A DNA stretch of 64,000 nt from Nemertoderma westbladi (taxonomy: Eukaryota > Animalia > Xenacoelomorpha). A program made the position numbers and the translations under genes. Below are positions 1 to 12,372 of the stretch, piece by piece (the stretch's first letter is position 1; each line of letters starts with the position of its first letter). The stretch lies in assembly GCA_032718475.1 (NCBI GenBank), contig JAUCBJ010000852.1, positions 18,907 to 82,906 on the forward strand, read 5' to 3'. The notes below the pieces were generated by a model that saw nothing but the letters and a program-made list of their open reading frames with translations, searched no databases and was not told the DNA's origin.

Positions 1-507
1 GATGGACTTGAAATTCGGCATGGGATCAAGTCTCTCAGCGCCAGTTGTGACTGAGATCCAAGTGTATGTAGCCAATAACTTAGAGTATGATTAACAGTGT
101 AACAATGTAACCCATAATTTAGAATATAATTAATATTATTATTGTGAAAATTTATGAAACGCGAGAAAGCTGATGTCTGTGCCGCGCCCCCCCCCCCCCC
201 CCCCCCCTGTCTCCAAGTGTGAGAGGAAGAAAATACGTTACATACTGTATTTTTAGACTAAATAATTGGTTTGGGCAGTGGCGTACCCAGGGGGGTCTGA
301 AACTGAAAAACGGGTTTATTCGAACTGAAACAGAAACCTAAGTGTCCTCAGCAGTTGATAGCATATTATTAGCAAATATTAGATCTGTTAGAGATATATG
401 GAAGAAGATATTTTTTAAATAAAAAAAAAGTAATACAAAATAATATGAACAATTTGTTTTTATATTACATACTAACTAAATGTGTTTACACTTAACAATA
501 TATTGTT

Positions 508-2488
508 TTAACAATCATCCAGATGGGCAATAGCACGTCTGCAGTCTATATAATATTGAAGTCCATAATCCCTACAGACTATTGTAGGATCTGGAACAGT
601 ATTACTCAATATTGTGAGCAAAGCACTGTCCCCTGCGGTGTCTATGGCATCATCTACATCAACATAAGAAACATCTTCGTCTGTGACTGGTCCCTCCCAA
701 TCTATACCGTAACTATGTATTTCATGCACGTTAAGCGATTCGTTAATGGGCCCTGTTGATCGAATATTGTCTCGAATACAACTGTTTGTAAAAATTCGAT
801 TTGGTGACCAATTATTCTCTGTGCGAATTGGATGGGCATTCCATCCGCAAGAAAATTCATATAGTGATCTGTTCAGTCGCGGTATAAATATATAATGTAG
901 TATAACTAAATCAGAGTGGTTATCAAAATTAAGTAATGAGTTTTGCTCTAAGAAGTAAAATAAATTGTAGTATAAATGACATACTACTCTAAATACATCA
1001 CGCCATAGCCGCTCTATACGCTGGTTATGGGTGCTCCGGCCAGCAATATAGCTTCCTCTATCTGTTCCTTGGTATTCGATCATCCAATAAGCGACTCGGC
1101 GATTTTCGCCACCTTTGTCACCACGAACTCTTGATGGAACTCCAAACAAATTGATTGCTTCGATGAAGGACGTAAACACAGTCTCTGCACGGTTATTTGA
1201 ACTGGCTCGTAGATATACTATCGACCGAGAGTATCCATCAACTCCTCCATGAATAATAATACCCCATCTGTATAACAATTAAAATATAAAATAAATATAA
1301 TCTAAGACCAATATAAATAAATACTGTATGTATAGTTATGAACAGTAAAACACTACTGTATATATAATACAGTAATATACCGGTAGCTTAATTGGTGGAT
1401 GTCTATTAAGTGAAGTTCCGTGTTCAAATCCCACTCGCCACCATTTTGCAAAGGGATTTTCACTATCCAAACTGAAAATCTGTATCATCAATAATTATTG
1501 TTTATTGTATAAGATATTTAGGATTGGGCCTAATTTAAATGCTTACAAAAAAGCAAACCAACCTTATCAAACTGTGATGTCCATCTATGTGCCACAGAGA
1601 ATTTGCCCCAGGAACAAAGTATTTCCTTCGGGTGACAAGGGCGCCCCATCGTTGAGAAGATAAAACAGGGTCAAGTTCAGTTAGAATTCTGTGAACTCTA
1701 TTCATCTGTACTTTAATTCCCTTCGCCTTTAGGATTCCATACACCAACTTACAACCGGCGTGTGTATATTGTCCATGTATTTCAACAATTACTGATTTTA
1801 ATTCCTCATCTGTCATATCTGTGTACTCCCCGGCAGCTTGTATATCAAATTCGGTGACCCTCCTTGTTATAGTAGACCTACTCACCCCAAAGATATTTGA
1901 AATATCCACCCAAGTAAAGCCCATTTCTCGCAGGTTTACTAATAATTCTTTAGATATATCATAAGACGGCCGCCCAGAACTTCTACTCGAAACACTGCCA
2001 CCTGATGGCGAACTCAAGGTATTTACAGTTACCGCTACTGGTACACTAAGTCTCATAGGAGATGTGCAGCACGGGGATAAATTCATATCATCCGGAGCAA
2101 TGGCAAGAAACCAACGCTTCCAACTCAGTAAGTCTGTTAGGAGTTGTGGTAAACATCTGAATGGGTTGATACCGGTATCACTAAAATTACGTAATATAAT
2201 TTCTATTGTAGTAATGAAGTGTTCCAATGATCGCACAAGAAAATCGTATTGGAAGTCGTCTTGTGATAGTGAATTGTCCCTCGCAAAGCGTAAACATGAC
2301 TCAAGAACTTTCTCTAAATCTCGCAGAAAGAGCTCAGATCCACTAACTACAGACGCCGGCAGGTCATCCATATCATATGTCATATATCTCTGTATCTTTC
2401 TAACAGTCTGTTCACGGTCAGACAGTAGGCCTAATTTAGTTATAGTAATACTGCTGTACACTGGTACAACATCCCACTTTATATCCAA
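508..2488 (-). CDS. Two-exon DDE integrase-core transposase (IS3EU/IS481-like eukaryotic family); exons 2488-1563 and 1267-508, phase-2 intron 1562-1268
   Basis: Joining AG|GTTGGT (1563/1562) to TACAG|A (1268/1267) gives ...LWHIDGHHSLIRWGIIIHGGVDGYSR...RGDKGGEN...STHNQRIERLWRDV, the typical integrase-core motif set; N-terminal HTH (GFTWVDISNIFGVSRSTITRR). Start codon uncertain. Confidence 0.85.
1380..1460 (+). mobile_element. tRNA-derived SINE head fragment inside the transposase intron
   Basis: A-box-like TAGCTTAATTGG (1384) and B-box-like GTTCAAATCC (1422), without a complete cloverleaf. Confidence 0.5.
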
Positions 2489-2539
2489 TCAAAGGGGATG
2501 TGCGTGGGGTAGAGGGAAATTTGAATTTCCATTTCATAT

Positions 2540-3001
2540 TGTGTCAATATTTAAACTGTACTGTGTCAATATTTAAACTGTACTGTGTCAATATTTAAAC
2601 TGTACTGTGTCAATATTATACTGTACTGTGTCAATATTTAAACTGTACTGTGTCAATATTTAAACTGTACTGTGTCAATATTATACTGTACTGTGTCAAT
2701 ATTTAAACTGTACTGTGTCAATATTATACTGTACTGTGTCAATATTATACTGTACTGTGTCAATATTATACTGTACTGTGTCAATATTATACTGTACTGT
2801 GTCAATATTTAAACTGTACTGTGTCAATATTTAAACTGTACTGTGTTAATATCATACTGTACTGTGTCAATATTTAAACTGTACTGCGTCAATATTATAC
2901 TGTACTGTGTCAATATAATACTGTACTGTGTCAATATTATATTGTACTGTGTCAATATTATATTGTACTGTGTCAATATTTAAACTGAACTGTGTCAATA
3001 T
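2540..3001. repeat. 21/22-bp minisatellite (TGTGTCAATATTTAAACTGTAC / TGTGTCAATATTATACTGTAC), ~21 copies
   Basis: Direct tandem periodicity. Confidence 0.95.
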
Positions 3002-4230
3002 TTTGTAATTTTTTTAAATATTGCAACCCCACTTCAAATATTGAATTTTGAGCCAGATATGATGCCATAGCTGTTGTCCTGTGGTTGCATGTGTTTCCAC
3101 GTTTCATGGCTCGAAATGGGCTTGCGTTGCAGGTGGATTTTGAAGAGAGAAGGGTGGCGTTGAATGCAGAGATGGACTCGTGGTTGTGTCGGACATCCAC
3201 TGCCTCCGCTATCGTCCTGCAAGGATGTTTGAACGTGCCGACCCGGGGTGCCCTGGATCATCTGAGTGATATGGGGCAGTGGAAGCTGTACCATGCCGTC
3301 ATGAATGCGCTTCTTACTGCAGTGTGGCGCCTGCAGTAAGATAGCAAACAGGGCCCTCGGGCATTGCATTGCCCCATTATTGGGGCATTACTCCTGCCTG
3401 CCTGCCTCCCTTTGTTACTTTGAAATGGCCTGAATGTGAGGCCTTTCGAAGGATTAATGCAGTATGGTAATTGTACTGTAAAGGGTTATGATTTTGTTTA
3501 CTTGTTAAGTATTTCTTAATATTGCTTAAAAACAAGTAAACATGTGTAAACAAATAAATCAAACATAATATTAGGCATATACAATTCTTATTGTAGCCAA
3601 CATTTCACATTTTTATTGGGGTATTTACACTAAGAATACATGCTTGCAATTACTGGCTACACCGGACTGCTTCTAGCTCTACAGTATGCATATGATCGTT
3701 GAATCTGAAGATGTTGATCTCAGTTAAATAGGATTTACCTCAATATTAGTTTATTGTTTTGTTGTATCTCAACAAGACTCTTTAACCCGATTTTTTTACT
3801 AATCCATTAATATACAGGCGTACAGGTACACGTAGGTGGCGGTGTGAAATTAACACACATTTAACTCAGACCCCCCCCCCCCCCCCCCCACCGCCCGTTT
3901 TCTTGACTTCTGGACGTACTGTAATAGAGATTTTTTCCGTACCGGATATGTGTAATTGATTAATGAAACAATAATTGATTAATTTCCCTAAGTTTGAACT
4001 ATTCTGTTATTTCCTTTTTAGATTGTTGCATTAGCTACCCAATAGCTTATCTTCCAACAATTACACTGACTTGTTTCCATGGCTAACTATAATCATTTTC
4101 AGATTCATCAACATACATTTGATATTTTTAAATTCAATGCTGGTAAGTGATACCGGTTAGCTAACAGTAACTAATCAGAATAAATTAATGTCAGTTTAAA
4201 TATCTCTGTCTGTTTTATGCTATTATAGTA

Positions 4231-5693
4231 CAGTCCCAATCCCAATAAACTTTAACTTGGTCGTTTTGGCGGCCAAAATGACCAAAATCACCAAAAAAAT
4301 GCAGTGTATTCCTATGGGCTACTTGGTCGTTTTGGCGAAGCGATTTAACTCGAATCAGCTAAGTCCAGACATTCAGTCTCCTTGGCCATCCATTTGGTGG
4401 ATCTGACTAAATGTTGGCTCGCTTTCATTTTTATTATTGACAGATTGTTAACTTACCTGGCGCTGAGCCTTGCAGTACTGGAGTCCGCCCACTGAGGCAT
4501 TGATAGAGTAGACATTCTTATAAAAGGAGTTGAATGGGGCTTTGTTAAAGGAGGAGTATGTATAATAATCTGAACGTCCCGAAATTAATTTATGGACGTC
4601 CCGAAATTAACTTATGGACGTCCTGAAATTAATTTATGGACGTCCCAAAATTAATCTATCAACCAATCAGAATCGTAATGAAATAACTAATTAATGGACG
4701 TCCATAAATTAATTTCGGGATGGTAATTTCGGAAATTAATTTCAATAATATTTTTTTTAATAATAAAATTTTTTTTTAATATTTTTTTACAATGTATAAT
4801 TCGCGGACACTGCGGGGTGACTACAAAACAAAGACCCAATTATAACGACCTACATAATCTTGTTACATGTGTTAACTTTCGTTAATTGTTTTGAATCCCC
4901 CGTCACGCCTCTGTAACTTGCTCCTTTACTAACCTGCTCCTTTAAATAGCAATGGTACATAACGCTCATTGTGACCTGTACAAAACAAAGAGGTAAAGTC
5001 GCATTACGTCCCAAAGAGCGTTAGGTTCCAAAGAGCTTTAGGTCCCATTGCCAGAGAGAGTGAGGTCACATTGCCATTTAAAGGAGCAGGTTAGTAAAGA
5101 AGCAGGTTACAGAGGCGTGTTGGGGAACCAAAACAATAAACGAAAGTTAACACATGTGTTTTGTATTTGTACAGGTCTTTATTATTTGGGTCGTTGGTCT
5201 TTGTTTTGTAGTCACCCGACACTGCGGTGTTGCGTGGGGGCCACCAATCCACCCACCCACACTCAACTCCCAACTTCCTGGACACTAGGATACTGAGTAA
5301 AAGCGTCTAAAACTACTACAGGAACTCCATGACAGACTATGGGCTAGCGAGGGACTGGCGCCCTTGAACATGTAAACTGTAGTACCTACTGTACCACCTA
5401 CCTTAAAGTGACCTGTGGGACCAGCCCATTATTAGTGAGGTCGGCATTTCTCTTTATCCTGCCGCTCTCTTTGTATTACAATAGCATACAGCTAACCAAT
5501 GGCAATGGTCTACCCCCAGTGCGGATTTATATCTGCCATCATCCTGGGCTTTACTTACACTCAGCCTATATTCACTGGCTGTGATTGACAAGCCAACTTG
5601 CCTCAGAAGTTGAATGCCGCAATTTATATTTGGCCATTTTGGTCGTTTTGGCCGCCAAAATGACCAAGTTTATGTTTATTGGGATTGGGACTG
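4231..5693. mobile_element. Non-autonomous Tc1/mariner-pogo-type element with ~55-bp TIRs and TA target duplication
   Basis: TA|CAGTCCCAATCCCAATAAAC...TTGGTCGTTTTGGCGGCCAAAATGACC at left; ...GTTTATTGGGATTGGGACTG|TA at right. Confidence 0.85.
4815..5217. mobile_element. Fold-back MULE-like MITE nested in the 4231-5693 element, 9-bp TSD GACACTGCG
   Basis: GGGTGACTACAAAACAAAGACC...GGTCTTTGTTTTGTAGTCACCC with long imperfect arms; GACACTGCG at 4806-4814 and 5218-5226. Confidence 0.85.
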
Positions 5694-6209
5694 TACTCAT
5701 ATAATTTGAGATTTTTAGCACTGTCGCCTACATTTTAAATGGTTTTCTCAGTAACGTGGTATGTATGTTTCCTCAATTGGTAGCGGGATTGTATTGTATA
5801 TTGGTTTGGTTAGAAAAACGGGCATCTGTAACCTGCTTCCTTCCCTCAATTGTTTTGGTTGAAAAATACCTCCTTTGTAACCTGCACCTTTCCCTCAATT
5901 GTTAACAAGATTGTTTTTATTGTTTTGGTTAGAGTAGCTCGTCTCTGTAACCTGCCCCCCCCCCCCCCCCCCCCGTACATTTCCCATTGTAATATAAAGT
6001 AACGGTAAATACATTACATACAACAGCATTAGTGGGTGAATTTGGAAGATTGATTTGCCACGACAGTGTTAAGGAATACTGGGAATCTCTATTTCCAACA
6101 GGTAATGAAGCTGTTTTTATATTATGGAACAGTAAACGTGGTATATCAACTTCTATCAAATCTGATGCACCACCAAGCATTGTGAAAATGGGTGATGGAA
6201 GTGATTGGC

Positions 6210-6588
6210 ACGCGAACTTAAATCCTATAAGCGAACTTAGATCCTATACGCGAACCTGATCCTATACGCGAACTTAGATCCTATATGCGAACTTAGATCC
6301 TAGACGCGAACTTAGATCCTAGACGCGAAATTAGATCCTATACGCGAACTTAGATCCAGTACGCGAACTTAGATCCTAGAGGCGAACTTAGATCCTAGAG
6401 GCGAACTTAGATCCTATACGCAAACTTAGATCCTAGACGCGAACTTAGATCCTATAGGCGAACTTAGATCCTATATGCGAAATTAGATCCTAGATGCAAA
6501 CTTAGATCCTATAGGCAAACTTAGATCCTATACACGATCTTAGATCCAATACGCGAACTTAGATCCTAGATGCGAACTTAGATCCTAC
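6210..6588. repeat. 19-bp minisatellite (CGCGAACTTAGATCCTATA), ~20 copies
   Basis: Direct tandem periodicity. Confidence 0.95.
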
Positions 6589-6643
6589 AGTTTAATTTAT
6601 TTTATAACCTTATATATCGCATCATATATTAAAGAATATCCTT

Positions 6644-7350
6644 GTGCCATCCAGACTGAGGTGTACAAGGGAACTTTCACCTTGTGATTTTCTAGGAGTT
6701 CATAAATGTGACAGAGCGGCATGTGTACCCTGTAAAGTATTATTACCTTTAAAATATGTCAGCTCAACAACTAACAAAAGCCACAGGGTTTATATAAAGA
6801 ATGATTTATCTTGCAATGCTAAAAATGTTATTTATGTGGTGACTTGCCTTAAATGTAACTTATTTGGTATCGGTTCAACAAAGGACTTAAAGCCTAGGAT
6901 AGCCAACTACAAGACAAAGATAATTAATGACAAACCATCGACTGCCATCGACAGACATTTTACTACCTCGGGTCATTCTTACAATGCACACTTCAGAATT
7001 ACACCATTTGATTGTCTACCGATCTCAGCAAACAAAAAACTGAACCGAGGGAGAATTAAAGAGGGAGAATGGCAGTGCCGGTTGGAAACTTTACAACCAA
7101 TGGGTTTGAATGTTCTCAACGAGGCAGTGATCAATAACTTTGGACTTGATGTTTTCAATCCTAAAGAATTATAAAGATTAAAGATTCACAGATTTAAAAA
7201 ACTCATTAGTTGCTAGGGTAGTATTATTATTTGTAGTGCATTAATTCTAGAATATCGTTTATTTGAAAACGATAGAGAGAGCTATCGAAAGCTAATAATA
7301 AAAAAATAAATTTTTAGTGATTGATCATATAAGTTGTCACTTTTTGAAAT
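6644..7350 (+). mobile_element. 5'-truncated Penelope-like retroelement: GIY-YIG endonuclease C-terminus (6644-7174) and 3' pLTR region
   Basis: CxxC linker, NVIYVVTCLKCNLFGIGSTKDLKPRI...LETLQPMGLN; followed by a hammerhead-like motif and a (TA)n run. Confidence 0.8.
7259..7298 (+). ncRNA. Degenerate minimal hammerhead ribozyme-like motif
   Basis: TTAT-TTGAAAA-CGATAG agagag CTATCG-AAAGCTA-ATAA: stem II and GAAA intact; the CUGANGA box is altered to UUGAAAA. Confidence 0.4.
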
Positions 7351-7489
7351 CTTAAAATATTATTATATATATATATATATATATACGTATATGTATTGTA
7401 TTTTGTATATACAAAAATATGTACAAGCATTTTAAATGTTTTACAATGTAATGAGTTATTGTACAATATCATGGTATAATACAGTAGGC

Positions 7490-8530
7490 CTACATGTAAT
7501 ACATATCAGAAAAAAACCAGTATATTTGATGTGCTATATACAGTCTGTATCTACAGATGGCAGTCATGTGCGTGTGTGGTAACCCATAAAACATTTCACA
7601 TGTATGGGTGGGTACCTGACATTTCCCGCAGATCATTCGCGTATATTTCTTGCAGTGTTTGCACACTCGGATGAGTCCCGCATTACTAACAAGATCGTGA
7701 CCAACACCATCATAGCGAATGTCTGGTATCACAGACCTAACTGGGCAGGGTTCCAACCTCTGATCTCAGCATTGCCTGCACCACAACTCGATAGAAATCT
7801 ATTTGCTTCACCTTAGAATCGGCATGACTGATTTGGAACAATCGCCAGGATGCTACCATCACCACATTGAAGGCATGTATAAGAAGAGGAAAATACCACT
7901 TCTTCCCATGTATGGATGGGCGAACGTTGGATAATGCCCTGTCTACCAAGTCCACCCCTCCCATATGTTTATTGTACAGCTTGACAGCCAATGGCTGACT
8001 TATGGCAGTCTTGCTCCAGCGGTTTACATGCTGGATAGGTTCTACACCAACAGCGTTACTCCCCATCGTTACGACCGAGTTGTCATTCCACCGAATAAAC
8101 TCAATACCATCACCTGTACGATAGTCGAAAGTACCACGTTCTCTCTTCTTCATAACATCGACAGCTAGGAGGGGACAGCCCCCAATCCTATTTACTCGAA
8201 CTGTGCCTGTAGCACTAAAACCAATTGTTGACAACTTTTGAAGTAGGTCAACAGACGTAAAAAAGTTGTCGAAGAAAACATGGTGCCTGCTGGGGTTCTC
8301 ACAAACCTTCAGACCACCTAGCACTACCTGCATTCCCAGTGGATATTCATTCCGGTTTGACCACTGGAGATCTTCCTTCATATTATATGTGGACACAGTA
8401 TGGATATGGAGCTGCCTGTCATCCAGCATTTAAACCCAAACCTTACAGGTTTATTACGAATGAATTGCTTGCATGAATGATGGCCATAATATGGGACCAT
8501 ACATTCATCGACACTAAGGTTGGTATGCAC
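7490..8530 (-). pseudogene. piggyBac transposase fragment (catalytic core plus Cys-rich C-terminus), frameshifted
   Basis: LSVDECMVPYYGHHSCKQFIRNKPVRFGFK (8520-8430), FFDNFFTS, YNKHMGGVDLVD, KKWY, then CKHC...CGKC in a different frame. Confidence 0.85.
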
Positions 8531-9208
8531 GCACAACCCCATTAGCTAAAGTTTAGGAAAAGTCATAAAATTTCAGATTCCCAACTGCGTTTGTTTCAGA
8601 ATTATAATAAAAAAACCACGGGGGGGGGGGGGGGGGGTCATATTGACCCCCCCCCCCCCCCCGGGTTTAATAGAGTGAAAATATTGTAGAAGGAGGTAGC
8701 ATTACCATATGTATGCGGTTCGCAGATCGCTGACAACACTGCAATGCATGCAGTTATTCTTTCTGTTAGCTATGGGCCAGCAGGGAAGAAAAAGGCAGCT
8801 GGAGCACCAACTGCCAAAAAACAGCGCACTTCATATCACACGCTGTTGTTCGCCCTGTAATTTAATAAAATATTTAATAATTAAATTGAATATTGAAATT
8901 GAAATTAATACCTTTTTTGAAATAATATGTTACCCACTTAATATACATTTAACAGACGTGAAACACAGGATTCGATTTTCAGGAATTATAAAAATACCAT
9001 AGCATCATTTAAACTGTTAAATTTTTTTTTTTAGTTACAATTACGTACGTCAAATTTTTAGCAGTTTATATTCATTATCAAATTACAAATTTTCATTAAG
9101 TATTATAGTCAAACAGGTATTAAGTTAATCCAATGCAGCTGCCTAAAGTTAGTTATTCTAATAATGCCTGAAATGGCGGTTAGACTATGTAGTACAGTAG
9201 AGTTTAAT

Positions 9209-9331
9209 CTACCACCCGTCTATACGTGCCTCCACCACCGCTGCGCTGATGCCGGTCTCCCTCAAGCTACGCGAGTTCAACTTTGCCCTTGAACTCCGTG
9301 CGCCTCTCAAGCACATTATTGATGCCCGTAG
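9209..9331 (-). mobile_element. Extreme 3' fragment of a CRE-like (RLE) non-LTR retrotransposon ORF
   Basis: Manual translation LRASIMCLRGARSSRAKL...EARIDGW* resembles the LRS(A)xxCLRGSR C-terminal motif recalled for CRE-type elements. Confidence 0.45.
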
Positions 9332-9600
9332 TATAAATGTATAAATATAATGAGTTTACCTCATTATTCTTCGATAAAGCGCACCTAGAAGTGAGTAATA
9401 AATAAATAGGAAATGTACCTTATGTGTAAAGTAAAGCACCAGTGTCTATTGTAACGGAAAACAAGTTGACTTTCAGTGTGATGAAAGATCTAGACATATA
9501 AAGTAGTTGACTTTCAGTGTGATGAAAGAGTCTAGACATATAAAGTATCTTTTCTATTCTTCCCTATATTGATTTTACAGAGCTCTAATGTTAAAGTTTA

Positions 9601-10570
9601 TTAGATAAAATATATTACGTCCCCCTTGTCGGCAATGGACGACTTTGCCCTTTCAAGAGCCTTCTGGTATCTAGGTTTCCTTCTGACTGCCTGGATAGCA
9701 TTAAGGGTTTGACCTGTTCCCTCGGTCTTACTCCAAAGGCGTGGTGCAATTGAGGGCGCCTTGAAGTCTACTCTCATAGCTGCTTCCCGCTTTGTGAGTT
9801 CATTGATCTCTGATTTAGTCCAGCGAGATTTCCTTCCTTTTCTGGTTGCTCCTGTTTGGTCAGTGTCCACATCCTGCGGATTTGTGGATGACAACTCTGG
9901 ACTACATACTTTTTCGACTAGCTTAAGAGGACAGCTAGATGATATAACCGGTTCCCTGGGTGGAATTGTCTTGTGACAGGATTCGCTTCGCTCTTCCTCA
10001 GAGTCTGAACTGTTAGAGGGCCGCTTAGTTCGGCCCTTACGGCTTCGACTGATCGATCCTACTGGTTCGGGTAACATCACCAGTTTTCCTTTCACGTCCC
10101 CCTGAATCCACTTCATAATCCTGTTTATCCCGAAATGGAGGGGGGGTCCTAGGGGGGACTCTTTCATCGTCTGTCTCTTTACGTTCACTGAGGATGTCAT
10201 TCAGAGTGTCTCTGTACCTCTTGAGCTTACGACAAGCTCTTATGGCATCTTGAGTTCTGCCAGGCACCACTTTGAGTTCGAGTAGTTCCATATTTTTGAA
10301 TTTGCACCTAGGTGATAGGTTACTCTCCGCATTGGCTAGTCTCCAAATCTCCTCTTCATTCCACCTGACATTGACTCCTGGAGCCATGTTATCCTCGCAA
10401 TATTCATTAGGGTGGCGCCTGCGGGTGTGGAGGCTGGCTGCTGCCTTGGACCCCCAGGAAGTGCTGCACCATTTACAGTAAATTCGATTTGGTGTGCCAG
10501 TGTGTTCCCTTGTCAAAGGTGAGGGTGGTGGTTGCTCGTCCGAGCCTTCCTCACTGCTCTTGTATGACAT
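9601..10570 (-). pseudogene. N-terminal region of an R2/NeSL-like non-LTR retrotransposon ORF (C2H2 finger plus two Myb-like repeats), frameshifted, no RT
   Basis: CKWC...HTRRRH; RWNEEEIWRLANAE...GRTQDAIRACRK; second RWTKSEINELTKREA...QTLNAIQAVRRKPRY in the overlapping frame. Confidence 0.7.
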
Positions 10571-11141
10571 GTCACATTATTTCAGCGTCGTCTGCAGTAA
10601 TGTGTTTAAGGGTCACCTTGCAGAGGCAAGGTTTACACGCGTTATGGTTGGGTATATCCCCTTAAATAGACCTTTCGGGTTTCTAGCTTTTCTGGCTAGT
10701 CAGTTCTCTGTGTTCAACCAGAGGTCCGTGAATCGCACACATAAAGTATGAGTTTCGGGTTTAGTCTTTCAGTATTATCTAATACTAATTCTCCGAGGAG
10801 TTTCTGACTATGGATGTCAGTCCCTTTGTCTTCGAATATTATTTCTTTATATCGCTGTGTCACTAATCATTAAACACCAATGTAAGTCGGGCTGTTGCCT
10901 AATCTTAGAAGGTAATCCTTTGCGCTGTTCCTTAATATTTGAATGGTCAGTGCACAAATTAGCCCAAAGGCGGCCCGAAGGCTCCCTAAGGTTAACAGCC
11001 TGAGGGTGGATATCCCAGGAGAATATCCGGACCCTTTGTGCACCTAGCGACAGCCAAAAAGTTTCAATACTTGAAACACCGGATCGCGGCAAAACAATTT
11101 ATCTACACTTTTCAATAACAGCTGTAGCCATCAGGCCAATA

Positions 11142-11480
11142 CGGTTACTGAAATTAGTAACTGGTTACTGAAATTAGTAACTGGGTACTGAAATTAGTAA
11201 CTGGGTACTGAAATTAGTAACTGGTTACTGAAATTAGTAACTGGGTACTGAAATTAGTAACTGGGTACTGAAATTAGTAACTGGGTACTGAAATTAGTAA
11301 CTGGTTACTGAAATTAGTAACTGAGGCCTACTAAAATTAGTATCCGGGTACTGAAATTAGTAACTGGTACTAAAATTAGTAACTGGGTACTAAAATTAGT
11401 AACTGGTTACTGAAATTAGTAACCGGATACTGAAATTAGTAACTGGTACTAAAATTAGTAACTGGGTACTAAACTGGGTA
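11142..11480. repeat. 20-bp near-palindromic minisatellite (GGTTACTGAAATTAGTAACT), ~16 copies
   Basis: Direct periodicity; GTTACT/AGTAAC arms within each unit. Confidence 0.95.
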
Positions 11481-12372
11481 CTGGGTGCTTTGAGGGCCTT
11501 TGTGAGTATATTGAGGGGGTTGGGGTCTATCAGGCAGGTTGTTGTCATTGAGGTCACGTAATACACTATAGTAATTCCTGTCAGCTAGCTCAATTGTTTC
11601 TTTTGATGAGCGGACATTAGCATTGGTGGGGTTGCAATGGGCCTTGTCCTTGGATTGGCGGTGGTTAGTAGGGTTGCAGTGCGTCACATCTTCTGATGGA
11701 TGGTTGCTGTTGGAGTTACTGTGTCTCTGTCCCCACATTGTATGAGTTTGGGGTTTGGGTACATTCGTCTATTACTAGCCAAGTATTACTGAGTTCGTTG
11801 TCGTCTAGGAAGGGAGTTGTGGTCACTGTCGATTTGTTGCTGACATCTTTCACTGTGGTCTGATATTGCTGCATTTTGCGTTCGATCACGAGACGTGCAT
11901 GCCGCTCGTGCTGTAATTCGTCCGCTAGATTTTGGAAGCGTGTAGTTAGGTTGGCATAGTTAGCCTCAGATTTGCAAAGTCTTGTCTGTAAAACAGATAT
12001 AGTATTTATCATATCATTCCTGAGGTGGTCAAAGTCTGCTTTAAGGTCAGTGGTAGTGTGTGGTGTATTGTCGTGTTTTAGCCTTTTTTTGCAGTTTTCC
12101 GTAAAGTTGTTTTCATATTTGCATTTGTAGAGCTCAATAATGTCGTGTGCCATTTCAAGTGATGATGATCGTGACCTGAGATGCAGAGAGGCGCTGTTCA
12201 CGGGAGACATAAGAAATTTAGTGCTGTCAAACAGGTGTTCTCTTAGTTTATGTTGAATATCTATTGCAAACTTTGCTACTATGGCCCCAACATCCTTTCT
12301 TGGTCGCATAGCAGCGTCATGCAGGATAGAGTAGGGCTTAATAAGGGACAGTGGTGTGTTGTCTTCATCCAC
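11469..12372 (-). pseudogene. Probable LINE ORF1-like coiled-coil protein fragment, frameshifted
   Basis: 218-aa ORF with a heptad-rich stretch (DFDHLRNDMINTISVLQTRL...KMQQYQ), continuing into a low-complexity frame with NYYSVL; no diagnostic domain. Confidence 0.35.

Noticed and set aside
1380-1445. Possible tRNA gene
   Set aside because: A and B boxes are present but there is no proper acceptor or anticodon stem; treated as a SINE head.
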